DNA of 64,000 bases, taken from the NCBI GenBank assembly GCA_964551525.1, contig CAZKCH010000001.1, positions 1,831-65,830 on the forward strand, given 5' to 3'. The stretch's first letter is position 1, and every line of letters starts with the position of its first letter. The translations under genes were made by a program, and so were the position numbers. Of this stretch, positions 20,065 to 29,857 are shown one piece after another. The notes under the pieces are model-generated. The model was not told where the DNA came from. It made no database searches and saw only the letters and a list, made by a program, of their open reading frames with translations. Source of the stretch: an uncultured Candidatus Saccharibacteria bacterium (GTDB taxonomy: Bacteria > Patescibacteriota > Minisyncoccia > Minisyncoccales > GWA2-46-15).

Positions 20065-20772
20065 ATGTTAACCTTAAAAGCAAAAATCCGTTCTGTTTTT
20101 GGGAAAGAGGTAGAGCAATTGAGAAGCCGGGGAGAACTGCCCGCGGTGCTTTATGGTCCGGGAATTAAAGAAAGCTTGAATCTTCAGGTCGGCGCCAAGG
20201 ATTTCATTAGAGTGTTTCAAGAAACGGGCCGGACTTCTTTTCTCCAACTCGAAGTGGAAAGCGAAAGCGGCAAAGCCAAATCATTTTTGGTCATGGTCAA
20301 GGATTTACAAAAAGACCCGATCAAGCTGTCAATCTCTCATATTGATTTTTACCAGCCCGCTACCGACAAAGAAATTAAGGTAATGGTGCCCTTAGTATTT
20401 ACGGGCGAGTCAAACGCGGTCAAAAATCTTAACGGCAACCTTTTAAAGAATATCCAGCAAATTCAAGTCCAGGCCCTGCCGCAAAACCTGCCTCATCAGA
20501 TAGAAATTGATCTGACGCCCTTGGATGAAATCGGCAAGATGATTTTGGTAAAGGACTTAAAAATTCCCGAAGGCGTCAAGGTTTTGAAACACGCGGAAGA
20601 AATTGTCGTCCAAGTGACAGAACAGCAGAAGATTGAAGAAGAACTGGAAAAACCGGTTGAAGAAAAGGTAGAAGAGGTGGAAAAGGTGGAAAAGGAAAAG
20701 AAAGAAGAAGAAATTCCGGAAGAAGAAACAAAGACAACTGCTCCTCCCAAAGCAACCCCAAAAAAGGAATAG
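20065..20772 (+). CDS. rplY: 50S ribosomal protein L25 / general stress protein Ctc, with acidic K/E-rich C-terminal tail
   Basis: N-terminal RSVFGKEVEQLRSRGELPAVLYGPG matches L25. The C-terminal EEKVEEVEKVEKEKKEEE tail is low-complexity. Confidence 0.7.
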   Translation: MLTLKAKIRSVFGKEVEQLRSRGELPAVLYGPGIKESLNLQVGAKDFIRVFQETGRTSFLQLEVESESGKAKSFLVMVKDLQKDPIKLSISHIDFYQPATDKEIKVMVPLVFTGESNAVKNLNGNLLKNIQQIQVQALPQNLPHQIEIDLTPLDEIGKMILVKDLKIPEGVKVLKHAEEIVVQVTEQQKIEEELEKPVEEKVEEVEKVEKEKKEEEIPEEETKTTAPPKATPKKE

Positions 20773-20784
20773 CGTTCTATTTAA

Positions 20785-22137
20785 ATGAAGACGCCAGTAA
20801 GCACTCAAAGGAATAAAAACGGTTTTGTGCTTTTAATCGTTGTTTTTGCTTTTTCTCTTTTCTTTTTTAATTTAACGACGGCACAGACTCCCGAAGAGGA
20901 AAGGAGCGCTCTGGAAAAGGAATTACAGGCGCTGGAGGAAAAGATAACCCAATACGAATCGGATATCGGCAGCGTCCAAAAAGAGAAAAAAACGCTCCAA
21001 AACCAGATCACGATTCTTCAACAGAAAATCAAGAAACTCGATACTCAAGTCCAGCAAGGGACGCTGATGATTAAAGATCTGAAAATCCAAATAACGGAAA
21101 CGGGCGAGGCCATTGATAAAACCGATGACCAGCTGCTCAGAAATAAAGAGAAACTGAAAGAGTCATTAAGAGCCATTTACCAGGAAGAACGGAAAACCGG
21201 TTTAGAAACGATTTTAGCCAATCAACGGCTTTCTGATTTTTTCAATGATTTATCTAATCTGGAGACCTTAAGCACAAAACTAGCCCAGGTCTTAGACAAT
21301 ATTAAAACCGCCAAGGTTCTTCTGGAAGGAGAAAAGGAAAGTTTGGACAAACAGAAGAATGACCTCCAGAAAACCATTAACGTCCAAACGCTGCAAAAGC
21401 AGTCGAGCGTAGAGACCAAAAAACTGCAGGAAACCATTTTGGAACAGACCAAGGGCAAAGAAGCCCTTTATCAGCAATATTTGGAAGAAACAAAAAAAAG
21501 AGCGGCGGAAATCCGCTCGCGCATTTTTGAGATCATCGGCGTGGCCCAAGCGCCGACTTTCGGCCAGGCGTACGAAATTGCCAAAATTGTTTCCAAGGCC
21601 ACGGGCGTGAGAGCGGCCTTTTTGCTCGCTGTCCTCACTCAAGAATCAAACATCGGCAAAAATGTCGGCCAGTGCTATATCGATACCAGCAACACTGGCG
21701 ATGGCACAAGAATTTCCAACGGCCAAAAAATCGCCAAAGTGATGAGCAAAACAAACGTTCCGCTTTTCCTCCAGATCACCAGAGAACTTGGCCGCGACTC
21801 ATACCACACGCCCATTTCTTGCCCGATCCCCAGCGTAGGCGGCTATGGCGGCGCCATGGGACCGGCTCAATTTATTCCTTCCACTTGGATGGCCTATAAA
21901 AACAAAATCCAAGGCCAAACCAGCCGGACCGCTGATCCTTGGAATATTAATGACGCTTTTATGGCGGCCGGGCTCTATCTGGGAGATTTAGGCGCCACTA
22001 ACGCCTCTTCTGAATTTCGGGCGGCAATGAAATATTTTTCCGGCTCGACCTGGACTAAATATGAGGAGTTTTACGGCAATAACGTCTTAGCCATTGCCGC
22101 TGATTACGAAAACGACATCAAAGCAATCAACGACTAA
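20785..22137 (+). CDS. secreted coiled-coil protein with C-terminal lytic transglycosylase (SLT/lysozyme-like) domain
   Basis: Signal/TM helix, a long heptad-rich region, then AVLTQESN (catalytic Glu-Ser) and GPAQFIPSTW blocks typical of the SLT fold. Confidence 0.5.
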   Translation: MKTPVSTQRNKNGFVLLIVVFAFSLFFFNLTTAQTPEEERSALEKELQALEEKITQYESDIGSVQKEKKTLQNQITILQQKIKKLDTQVQQGTLMIKDLKIQITETGEAIDKTDDQLLRNKEKLKESLRAIYQEERKTGLETILANQRLSDFFNDLSNLETLSTKLAQVLDNIKTAKVLLEGEKESLDKQKNDLQKTINVQTLQKQSSVETKKLQETILEQTKGKEALYQQYLEETKKRAAEIRSRIFEIIGVAQAPTFGQAYEIAKIVSKATGVRAAFLLAVLTQESNIGKNVGQCYIDTSNTGDGTRISNGQKIAKVMSKTNVPLFLQITRELGRDSYHTPISCPIPSVGGYGGAMGPAQFIPSTWMAYKNKIQGQTSRTADPWNINDAFMAAGLYLGDLGATNASSEFRAAMKYFSGSTWTKYEEFYGNNVLAIAADYENDIKAIND

Positions 22138-22588
22138 TCACTTTGATCTCTTTTTCACAAAGGCGATTATTGCCGTTTTGATCAACAATAAGCATTTTTA
22201 AACGATAATCGCCGGGATTTTGGAAAATGAATTCTTGGGGCTCCTTACTGACGCCGGTATCCCAGGCACCATCGCCGGTAAAATCCCATTGGAAACCGAG
22301 AATATCGTATTGTGTTTTCCTGGCCGTGCCGACAACCGTTACTTTGAAAGGGGCAAAACCCTGAAAAGAAGGAATGGGCAAGATCTCGCCGCATAAGGGC
22401 GAGTTTTCGTTTTCATTGATTTGACTGATCGGATTACCAAGAGGAATATTTTCTGCTTTTTTAACAACTTGAGGCAGAGCGGCTGCCATAATAAAAAGAA
22501 TGCCCCCAATCAAAAGAAACCCCTCTAATCTGCCTTGGCCGCGATTACTTGTTTTTCGCCAATTGTTTTTCCAGTTCTTCAATGACAT
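22127..22588 (-). CDS. membrane-anchored PKD-like domain protein
   Basis: TM helix and a WDFTGDGAWD motif (PKD-like). Overlaps the prfA 3' end by 44 nt. Confidence 0.3.
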   Translation of the reverse strand: MSLKNWKNNWRKTSNRGQGRLEGFLLIGGILFIMAAALPQVVKKAENIPLGNPISQINENENSPLCGEILPIPSFQGFAPFKVTVVGTARKTQYDILGFQWDFTGDGAWDTGVSKEPQEFIFQNPGDYRLKMLIVDQNGNNRLCEKEIKVISR

Positions 22589-23627
22589 GGCTTAATTTGC
22601 CTTTTATGATTTCTTGAAGGTTTTTCCAGCTTTTTTTGATGCGATGGTCAGTCAGCCGGTCTTGGGGAAAATTATAAGTCCTGATTTTTTCCGCTCTTTT
22701 CGCCTGACCGATTTGCTGCCGCCGCTCGCTCAAGACTTCTTCTTTTGAAACCGAGCTGGAATTTTCCTCTAATTTCGCCACCAAAATCGCCAAAGCGCTT
22801 TCCTTGTTCTGTAATTGGCTTCTTTCAGTCCGGCAGGTGACCACGATGCCCGTGGGAATGTGCAAAACCCTGACCGCGGTTTTTCTTTTATTAACGTTCT
22901 GGCCGCCCGGTCCGGAAGCATTGGAGAATTCGATCTGGACTTCATTCGGATTAATTTTAACCGCGCTCGTTTCTTTAGGTTTTTTCAAAACCGCCACGGT
23001 TGCTGTTGAAGTATGGACGCGACCGGATTTTTCCGTATCCGGAATCCGCTGGACACGATGGACGCCTGCTTCATAAAACATTTTAGAAAAGACATCGCGA
23101 TCTGGACCGGCGCTCGTCCCCGGCTTTATTTCAAAAACAACTTCTTTCAAACCACCGATGGATGTATCAGAACTGTCCAAAACATTAATCTGCCAATTCT
23201 GAAACTTAGCGAAACCAACATATATATCAAATAAATTCCTAGCCCAAAGAGCGGCTTCATCGCCGCCCACGCCGGCTCTGATTTCAATAATTGCAGCGCT
23301 ACTCACTTGGCTGGGTTTTATTGCCGGCATAACTGATAAGATCTCCATCTCTGCCAATAATGATTTTTCTCGTTCGCCCAGGGATTTGATCTCTTCGTGG
23401 GCCAGAACGGTTAAATCCTGGTCTTCGGCAGCGGAGATAATGGCCTCGTTTTCCGCCTTTTGTTTTTTAACTTCATCTAAACCGGCGAGTTTTTCCAAGA
23501 TCGTTTCCAAACGCGCCTTTTGAGCAAGCAAATGAGAAAAATGTTCGCGATCAGAAACCACCTCGGGATCAGCGAGTTCTGTTAAAAGAGAATTATATTC
23601 CTGTTTTATTTGTTCTCTATCAAACAT
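22545..23627 (-). CDS. prfA: peptide chain release factor 1
   Basis: GGQ motif (SGPGGQNVNK) and an RF1-type PxT-like tripeptide region (RIPDTE). 360 aa. No SPF motif as in RF2. Confidence 0.75.
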   Translation of the reverse strand: MFDREQIKQEYNSLLTELADPEVVSDREHFSHLLAQKARLETILEKLAGLDEVKKQKAENEAIISAAEDQDLTVLAHEEIKSLGEREKSLLAEMEILSVMPAIKPSQVSSAAIIEIRAGVGGDEAALWARNLFDIYVGFAKFQNWQINVLDSSDTSIGGLKEVVFEIKPGTSAGPDRDVFSKMFYEAGVHRVQRIPDTEKSGRVHTSTATVAVLKKPKETSAVKINPNEVQIEFSNASGPGGQNVNKRKTAVRVLHIPTGIVVTCRTERSQLQNKESALAILVAKLEENSSSVSKEEVLSERRQQIGQAKRAEKIRTYNFPQDRLTDHRIKKSWKNLQEIIKGKLSHVIEELEKQLAKNK

Positions 23628-23629
23628 GC

Positions 23630-23839
23630 CTATTTTCGCTTTTTGGCCAGCCGCTCTTTGAACTTCTGCACTCGGCCGGCCTTATCAACGAGTTTTTCCC
23701 GGCCCGTATAAAAAGGATGGCACTTGGAACAGATTTCCACTTCCACCAATTCTTTGGTTGAGCCGATCTGAAAACGGTTGCCGCACGTGCACTGTACCTG
23801 CGCTTCAGGATAATATTTCGGATGGATGTTCTTTTTCAT
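23630..23839 (-). CDS. rpmE: 50S ribosomal protein L31
   Basis: [10 protein letters not shown] plus a CxxC...CxxH zinc-ribbon L31 signature. Confidence 0.85.
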   Translation of the reverse strand: MKKNIHPKYYPEAQVQCTCGNRFQIGSTKELVEVEICSKCHPFYTGREKLVDKAGRVQKFKERLAKKRK

Positions 23840-24015
23840 TTGTTGTCGTTATTTTATTAAATATCCTCTAACCGCGAAGAAAATCATCGCCAAAAGCCCG
23901 AGAATGAAGATGATATCGAGTATTTTGTTCATATTATAGTATTCTAAACAAATCTTGAAAAAAATCAACACCCCATCTTGTCTTGATTTAAATGATATGA
24001 TATATTCAATCTCAT

Positions 24016-24744
24016 ATGGCAAAAGAAGATATTAAAACCGATGTTAATGTCAGTCCGGACGAGATGGTCAAAGCGGGTACGCATTTCGGCCACCGGATTT
24101 CCGCTTCTCACCCGAAGATGAAGCCGTTTTTGTTTGGCACGCGGAACACTATCCAAATCATTGACGCGGAAAAATCAGCCGCCAAACTCCAAGAAGCCCT
24201 GGCCTATATCCAAGAAATAATCAAAGAGGGCAGTGTTTTGCTTTTTGTCGGCACCAAAATCCAAGTCAAAAAAACCCTGGAAGAAACCGCTAAAGAATGC
24301 GGTTTGCCCTGGGTTTCAGAAAGATGGCTGGGCGGCACTTTTACCAATTTTGAGATCATTAAAAAAAGGGTTGATTATTTGAAAAACCTGAAAATTCAAA
24401 AAGCAGCTGGCGATTTGGAAAAATACACTAAGAAAGAACAGCTGAAAATCGAGAAAATAATCCAGGGCCTGCAATTGCGGCTCGGCGGCATCGAATCCAT
24501 GGACGTCCTGCCTAAAGCGATTTTCGCCTGCGATCTTCGCAAAGACCTTTTGGCAATAAAGGAAGCGAAAAAGAAAGGCATAAAGATTATCGCCATTGCC
24601 GACACCAATACTGATCCCGGCTTAGCTGATTATCCCATCCCGGCCAATGACGACGCCGCTTCTTCGGTAAAATACATTTTAGATAAAGTTAAAGAAACAA
24701 TTCTGTCAGTTAAAACCCAACCGATTAAAGAATTAAAGGATTAA
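24016..24744 (+). CDS. rpsB: 30S ribosomal protein S2
   Basis: MVKAGTHFGHRISASHPKMKPFLFG matches the S2 signature. Confidence 0.9.
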   Translation: MAKEDIKTDVNVSPDEMVKAGTHFGHRISASHPKMKPFLFGTRNTIQIIDAEKSAAKLQEALAYIQEIIKEGSVLLFVGTKIQVKKTLEETAKECGLPWVSERWLGGTFTNFEIIKKRVDYLKNLKIQKAAGDLEKYTKKEQLKIEKIIQGLQLRLGGIESMDVLPKAIFACDLRKDLLAIKEAKKKGIKIIAIADTNTDPGLADYPIPANDDAASSVKYILDKVKETILSVKTQPIKELKD

Positions 24745-24748
24745 CGAA

Positions 24749-25345
24749 TTGAATAATTCAATGGATACTGATTTATTAAAACAACTCCGCGAGGAAACCC
24801 AGGCGCCTTTTCAAGAGTGCCAAAAAGCCCTGGAAGAGGCAAAGGGGGACTTGGTCAAAGCCAAAGAAACCTTGCGGAAATGGGGGAAAACATTAGCGGA
24901 AAAAAAAGTGGAAAGAGAAGCAAAGGAGGGGATTATTGAGACCTATCTTCATCCCAATAAAAAGGTGGGGGTTATCCTTGATTTGCGCTGCGAGTCGGAT
25001 TTTGTCGCCAAGAATGAGGACTTTCTGAAATTAGCCCATGAAATTTGTCTGCAAATTGCCGCCACCAACCCCTTGTTCGTGAACGAAGAAAGCGTACCCG
25101 CTGATTTCCTCGCTAAGGAGAAGGAGATTTTTCAAGAACAAGCGAAAAATACCGGTAAAGATCAAAAATTCGTCGGACAGATTTTGGAGGGCAAATGGAA
25201 GAAAAGAAAGGAAGAAATCTGTCTTTTAGACCAACCCTGGATTAAAGACGAAACTAAAAAAATCAGGGACTTGATCACTGAAACCATTGCCAAACTCGGG
25301 GAAAACATCGTTATCAAAAACTTTTCCCGCTTAAGTATCAGATAA
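24749..25345 (+). CDS. tsf: elongation factor Ts
   Basis: LLKQLREETQAPFQECQKALEEAKGDLVKA UBA-like N-terminus of EF-Ts. Synteny with rpsB. Confidence 0.85.
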   Translation: MNNSMDTDLLKQLREETQAPFQECQKALEEAKGDLVKAKETLRKWGKTLAEKKVEREAKEGIIETYLHPNKKVGVILDLRCESDFVAKNEDFLKLAHEICLQIAATNPLFVNEESVPADFLAKEKEIFQEQAKNTGKDQKFVGQILEGKWKKRKEEICLLDQPWIKDETKKIRDLITETIAKLGENIVIKNFSRLSIR

Positions 25346-25347
25346 AA

Positions 25348-25755
25348 ATGTCTCTCTTGGAAATTATCTTCCTCTGTTTTTTTGCCGCCAGTTTCGCGGG
25401 CCTGGTTGCCTTTTTTATGAAAAAAGCGCCGTTATTAGCCGCCTTGCCTAAAACAACTCATGTTTTTGAAAAGAAAGAAAACCAGCCCTTGGTTGTTTTA
25501 ATGAAAATCAAGGAAAAGGCGGAAAACTTACCGGCCCTGAAGAATTTTTCCATTGAGATTCTTCTGCAAAGAATCCTTTCTAAAATCAGGATTTTGGCAT
25601 TAAAGTTCGAAAATAAAACCGGCGGCTGGCTGGAATCATTGCGCCGAAAAGCGCAAAACGATCGCAATAAAAGCGATAAAAACGCCTTAAAACAAGCGGA
25701 TAATTATTGGGAAAACCTGCAAAAAAAAGACGATAACACTAACTTGCCTGAGTAG
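25348..25755 (+). CDS. hypothetical membrane protein
   Basis: One N-terminal TM helix. No recognisable domain. The 3' end overlaps tRNA-Thr. Confidence 0.25.
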   Translation: MSLLEIIFLCFFAASFAGLVAFFMKKAPLLAALPKTTHVFEKKENQPLVVLMKIKEKAENLPALKNFSIEILLQRILSKIRILALKFENKTGGWLESLRRKAQNDRNKSDKNALKQADNYWENLQKKDDNTNLPE

Positions 25756-25818
25756 CTCAGTTGGTAGAGCACCAGTTTTGTAAACTGGTTGTCGTCGGTT
25801 CGATCCCGACCTCAGGCT
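25746..25818 (+). tRNA. tRNA-Thr (anticodon UGU)
   Basis: Manual cloverleaf: acceptor gcctgag/ctcaggc, D-arm gctc-agttggta-gagc, anticodon stem ccagt/actgg with loop tttgtaa, T-arm gtcgg-ttcgatc-ccgac. No encoded CCA. Confidence 0.8.
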
Positions 25819-26013
25819 CTTAGGCTCAGGCTTTGGCAGGCGGGTAAACCACTTACGTCAGTTCGATTCTGGCAGGCGGCTCAAAATCATCGCGGCATTT
25901 ACGGGCTAAACAAGTAGGTTGGGGGCCCGCCCCGTATACACGCCACCATGAGGCAAGAACGTAGATCTTGCGAATGGAAAGTGTTATACGGGGTTCAAAT
26001 CCCTCTGCCGGCT
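25819..26013 (+). ncRNA. unassigned GC-rich structured RNA candidate with tRNA-like T-arm motifs (tmRNA-like? unconfirmed)
   Basis: A 195-nt GC-rich block in AT-rich surroundings. It has a duplicated tggcaggcgg, gtcag-ttcgatt-ctggc and cgggg-ttcaaat-ccctc T-arm-like elements, and stable hairpins. No ORF. Confidence 0.25.
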
Positions 26014-26041
26014 TAAATAAACAATATAAACATTTGAACCC

Positions 26042-26641
26042 ATGATAATGGATAAATTAAGCGTGTGGTTCTGTAACACTCCTCCGCGAAGATGGATTTT
26101 AGATTTTATAACAAAGAAGTACTATACGGAATATTTTGATACTTTGGCGAATAAAGAAGTGTTAGAAATAGGATGTGGCAGTGGCTTGGGAACAAAAATA
26201 ATTTTAAAATATTTTACGCCTTCAAAAATAATCGCCACCGATCTTGATGAAAGGCAAATCACATTAGCCAAAAAAAACGTAAAAGATGTCAATATTATTT
26301 TTGAGATAGCAGATGCCGCGCGGTTAAACTACCCGGACAATAGCTTTGACGCCGTATTTGAGTATGGCGCGATTCATCATATACCTTCGCCTGATTGGCA
26401 AAAATGTCTTCAGGAGGTATTAAGGGTATTAAAACCGAACGGAAAACTATTTGTGTATGATGTTAGTATTGAATCGTTCAGCAAAGGAATATATGGTAGA
26501 TTCATAAAATATACTTCAGTTCATCCATACGACAAAATGTATAAAAAAGAGGAGTTCATAGATTATGTAAAATCTATTGGTTTCCGGATTTTAAAAAGAA
26601 AAGACGGAGTAAGATACTTTAATATTATTGCGGAAAAATGA
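26042..26641 (+). CDS. class I SAM-dependent methyltransferase
   Basis: VLEIGCGSGLGT motif I and a LKPNGKLFV motif. Confidence 0.6.
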   Translation: MIMDKLSVWFCNTPPRRWILDFITKKYYTEYFDTLANKEVLEIGCGSGLGTKIILKYFTPSKIIATDLDERQITLAKKNVKDVNIIFEIADAARLNYPDNSFDAVFEYGAIHHIPSPDWQKCLQEVLRVLKPNGKLFVYDVSIESFSKGIYGRFIKYTSVHPYDKMYKKEEFIDYVKSIGFRILKRKDGVRYFNIIAEK

Positions 26642-27045
26642 TTAACTTTTTCCATTTTTAAAACAACTAACAATTGAAGCGGTCGCAATAAATGTTAGTT
26701 GTTAAGAATTCTGTTAATAAAACAGCGAGCGTATCATATGTCATGAACCAGTACATATCCTTGACAAAAGCAATGGAATTTTCAATAATGGGTACAGATA
26801 AGAAATGACGATTAAAAACATGATTGGACTCGAGACCGGCGGAAAAAAATAAAGAATACGCGATACAAAAGATCTGACAGAAAATACAGGGCTGTCCGCC
26901 TGTTTTTTATTCCGAAGAGAAAGATCTTTGAAAATTAAATAATTAGTAATTAGTAAATAGTATTGGTAAGGATTAAGGATCAGTAAAAGCAACGCCCTCG
27001 CGATGAAAAATTATTAAATTTTTCATTTTGCGGGGTTCTCAGAGT

Positions 27046-27067
27046 TGCTCCGCTCTTATTTTTTCCC
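27046..27067 (+). promoter_or_regulatory. 16S leader half of rRNA processing stem
   Basis: ggttctcagagttgctccg is the reverse complement of cggagcaactctgagaa at 30413-30431. Confidence 0.6.
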
Positions 27068-27611
27068 TTCGGGGAAGAATTATTTTTGAGGATTTGATCC
27101 TGGTCCAGGATGAACGCTGGCGGCGTGGATAAGGCATGCAAGTTGAACGCTCACCTGATTTTTCGCAAGAAAAGTTGGGTGGGAGTGGCAGATTGGTTAG
27201 TAACACGTGGGTAACTTACTCCGAGGACAGGAATAGTCCGCCGAAAGGCGGGGTAATTCCTGATAGAAATGAGGGGTCGCAAGACATTCTCATTTAAAAC
27301 CCGTCCCGCAAGGGATAGGGGCCACGGAAAAGGCCTGCGGCCTATCAGCTAGTTGGTGAGGTAACGGCCCACCAAGGCAATGACGGGTAGGGGAAGTGAG
27401 AGCTTGTTCCCCAACAAAGACACTGAAACATGGGTCTTACTCCTACGGGAGGCAGCAGTCGAGAATATTCGGCAATGGGGGAAACCCTGACCGAGCGACG
27501 CCGCGTGAGTGAAGAAGGCCTTCGGGCTGTAAAACTCTTTTTTGAGGGAAGAATCCCGAGCGCAAGCGAGGGATGACGGTACCTCAAGAATAAGGGGATG
27601 CAAATTCTGTG

Positions 27612-28481
27612 GTCGATCCGCTCAAAATCGTAAGCGAAGATCGACGGGCGCAGAATAGTCGTGGTAACACGGCTTAAGTAAACTTGGCTCATATGCTGGA
27701 AGCTATTTAAGAAGCGGCATTAGCCATCGGGCTAATTTTCTTAATAGTAATCAGCAGGGAAGTTCGATATAATGGAGAAATGAACAAAAAACAAAGAGAC
27801 ATAATTCTCGGAACATTATTGGGAGACGGGTGGATCGAAAAACAAGGGTCCATTCGTTTCAAACAATGTCTAAAGCATAAAGAATATATCTTTTGGCTAT
27901 ACGGGGAATTAAAAAATCTTTGTCGTAGTTCTCCCACACAAAGACGAGACAATAAACAATGGTATTTCCAAACCAGAAGCAATGACGAAACGCGCTTTTA
28001 TCGATCTATTTTTTATCGGGGTGTTAAAAAACGAGTCCCGAAAAATATAGGAAAATTGATAAAATCTGCACTAAGTTTGGCTATCTGGTTCATGGATGAT
28101 GGAACAATAGATTGGAGAGAAAAAAGTCATTATGCTTTCCGTCTAACTACAAATTGTTTCTCGATGAGCGATAACCGACTATTAATTGAAATGCTGAAAA
28201 AGAGATTTGGCGTTAAAACAACGCTCCAAACAACATTGATTAGAGGAAAAAGATATCCAAGGATATATATCGGCAAAGATGGAAGAGGAAAATTCGCAAA
28301 TCTAATAGAACCATTCGTATTAAATTGTTTTCGTTATAAATTACCTCCATTTCTTCGTAACCCCTCAGAGACTGTTCGGTGATGAACCGACGTTAACGGT
28401 GAAACATATTATCCGTTAAAATACGCCGAGCCCCGTTTCAAAAAAACGGGTGATGGTATAGTCCAATAAAATTATTTATTA
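27612..28481 (+). mobile_element. 16S intron 1 (probable group I) inserted just upstream of the GCCAGCAGCCGCGG block
   Basis: About 870 nt with no 16S homology, between ...gcaaattctgtg and gccagcagccgcgg. Contains an HE ORF and the shared aacggtgaaa motif. Confidence 0.6.
27780..28382 (+). CDS. LAGLIDADG homing endonuclease (two-motif)
   Basis: ILGTLLGDGWIEK and IWFMDDGTID LAGLIDADG motifs. Located entirely within the 16S insertion. Confidence 0.75.
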   Translation: MNKKQRDIILGTLLGDGWIEKQGSIRFKQCLKHKEYIFWLYGELKNLCRSSPTQRRDNKQWYFQTRSNDETRFYRSIFYRGVKKRVPKNIGKLIKSALSLAIWFMDDGTIDWREKSHYAFRLTTNCFSMSDNRLLIEMLKKRFGVKTTLQTTLIRGKRYPRIYIGKDGRGKFANLIEPFVLNCFRYKLPPFLRNPSETVR

Positions 28482-29032
28482 GCCAGCAGCCGCGGTAAGA
28501 CAGAATCCCCAAGCGTTATCCGGATTTACTGGGCGTAAAGCGTCTGTAGGCGCCTTGTTGCATCTTTGGTTAAATTTTCGGGGCTCAACCCTGAAGCTGC
28601 CAAAGACATGGACAGGGTAGAGGGCGTTAGGAGTTGACGGAACGGTCGGTGTAGGGGTGAAATCCATTGATATCGACCGGAACACCAAAAGCGAAGGCAG
28701 TCAACTAAGACGACCCTGACGCTGAAAGACGAAAGCGTGGGCATAAAAAAGGATTAGATACCCTTGTATTCCACGCCCTAAACCATGGAGACTGGCTTCT
28801 TGAAGTGTCGACCCTTCAGGTGGCGAAGCTAACGCGTTAAGTCTCCCGCCTGGGAAGTACGATGGCAACATTAAAACTCAAAGGAATAGACGGGGACTCA
28901 CACAAGCGGTGGATCATGTGGCTCAATTCGACAACAAACGAGGAACCTTACCAGGGCTAGAAACCGTAGCGGACAGCTTACTGAAAAGCGAGCTTTCTCA
29001 CAAGGACCGCTATGGCAGGTACTGCATGGTTG

Positions 29033-29857
29033 ATCCCTAAGCTATTGCTGCTTGGGATACGACCCTTTTCGCCGTAAGGCGAATCGAAAAACCAGCTCAT
29101 AACGGCGAACCCCTAACCAAAAACTTATGGTAAAATGAACTATAAGAACTAAGGCGGGCAATGCCGTGGGAAGTACGAACACTAATTTTTGCAATTTCTT
29201 TAAGGGAGAAGAGAATGCTTATATTCTCGGCCTTTGGTGCGCTGATAGTTATTGGTGGTCAAGTTCAGTAGGATTAAGCAATACCAATCCATATCTGATC
29301 GAAAGAACTAAAAAGTTTTTAAGAAACTTTTTCCCGGAAGTAAGAATAAAATTTAACAGAAACCATATTTTTGTTAATAGCAGGCCATTATTAAGAGACT
29401 TCGTTATTGCTAAAAACAATCTTGATCGTCTTAAAAAACCAGGTATGATTAAGGCCTATTTCGCCGGCCGTTTTGACGGCGATGGTTCTGTAGACAAGGA
29501 TTTCAGAAAAGATTGCCGAATAGTTTATGGCAAGCTGAACGAAGCAGAAATGGATAAAAAGCTATTAAGAAGAATGGGAATCAGAAAAACAAAAATATAC
29601 TATTACAAAAGCGCAAAAACATTTTGCTTATATATATCTCGTTACGAAACGAAAAAATTCTAGACAATATTTATATTCATTCTACAAAGTTGCAAAAATT
29701 AGTGTCCGTACCCCGTAGAGACTTAACTCTCGCCAAGGACCAATTAAGAGAGTTAGATGGCGGAAAAACCAAAAACCGTCATAAAACGCTGGCCTCCGCA
29801 TAATTATATGCGGAAGATGGCATAGTCCATACTACAAGTAATTGTAAGAAAATATGG
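29033..29857 (+). mobile_element. 16S intron 2 (probable group I) inserted in the CATGGTTG|TCGTCAGC region (near E. coli position 1050)
   Basis: Exon sequence catggttg ... tcgtcagcaggtcccgtgagg is restored after removing about 825 nt. Contains an HE ORF and ccgtgggaag / aacggcgaa motifs. Confidence 0.6.
29166..29663 (+). CDS. LAGLIDADG-type homing endonuclease
   Basis: YFAGRFDGDGSV motif and a degenerate first motif YILGLWCADS. Located within the 16S insertion. Confidence 0.6.
   Translation: MGSTNTNFCNFFKGEENAYILGLWCADSYWWSSSVGLSNTNPYLIERTKKFLRNFFPEVRIKFNRNHIFVNSRPLLRDFVIAKNNLDRLKKPGMIKAYFAGRFDGDGSVDKDFRKDCRIVYGKLNEAEMDKKLLRRMGIRKTKIYYYKSAKTFCLYISRYETKKF

Noticed and set aside
20496-21011. 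Minus-strand ORFs 20496-20750, 20557-20808, 20576-20761 and 20805-21011
   Set aside because: Low-complexity translations antisense to the K/E-rich tail of rplY and the start of the coiled-coil gene. Artefacts of the repetitive gaa/aag sequence.
22545-23627. Possibility of stop-codon reassignment (UGA) suggested by finding RF1 only
   Set aside because: TGA terminates the aldolase ORF at 19844-19846 exactly where the next gene starts, and the other genes end in TAA/TAG. Standard code. RF2 is presumably elsewhere.
25819-26013. Calling the post-tRNA-Thr element a definite tmRNA or second tRNA
   Set aside because: No GGGG 5' acceptor partner for the 3' gccggc tail and no canonical anticodon arm. 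No convincing ...ALAA-type tag ORF. The length (about 195 nt) is short for a one-piece tmRNA. Kept only as a low-confidence ncRNA candidate.
26741-26992. ORF 26741-26992(-) upstream of the 16S
   Set aside because: AT-rich spacer with a poor codon-like pattern, in the rRNA leader/promoter region. Likely non-coding.
27345-28744. ORFs 27345-27692(-), 27349-27603(-), 27707-27982(-), 28479-28744(-) within the 16S region
   Set aside because: They overlap conserved 16S exon sequence or run antisense to the intron HE gene. rRNA regions do not code for protein.
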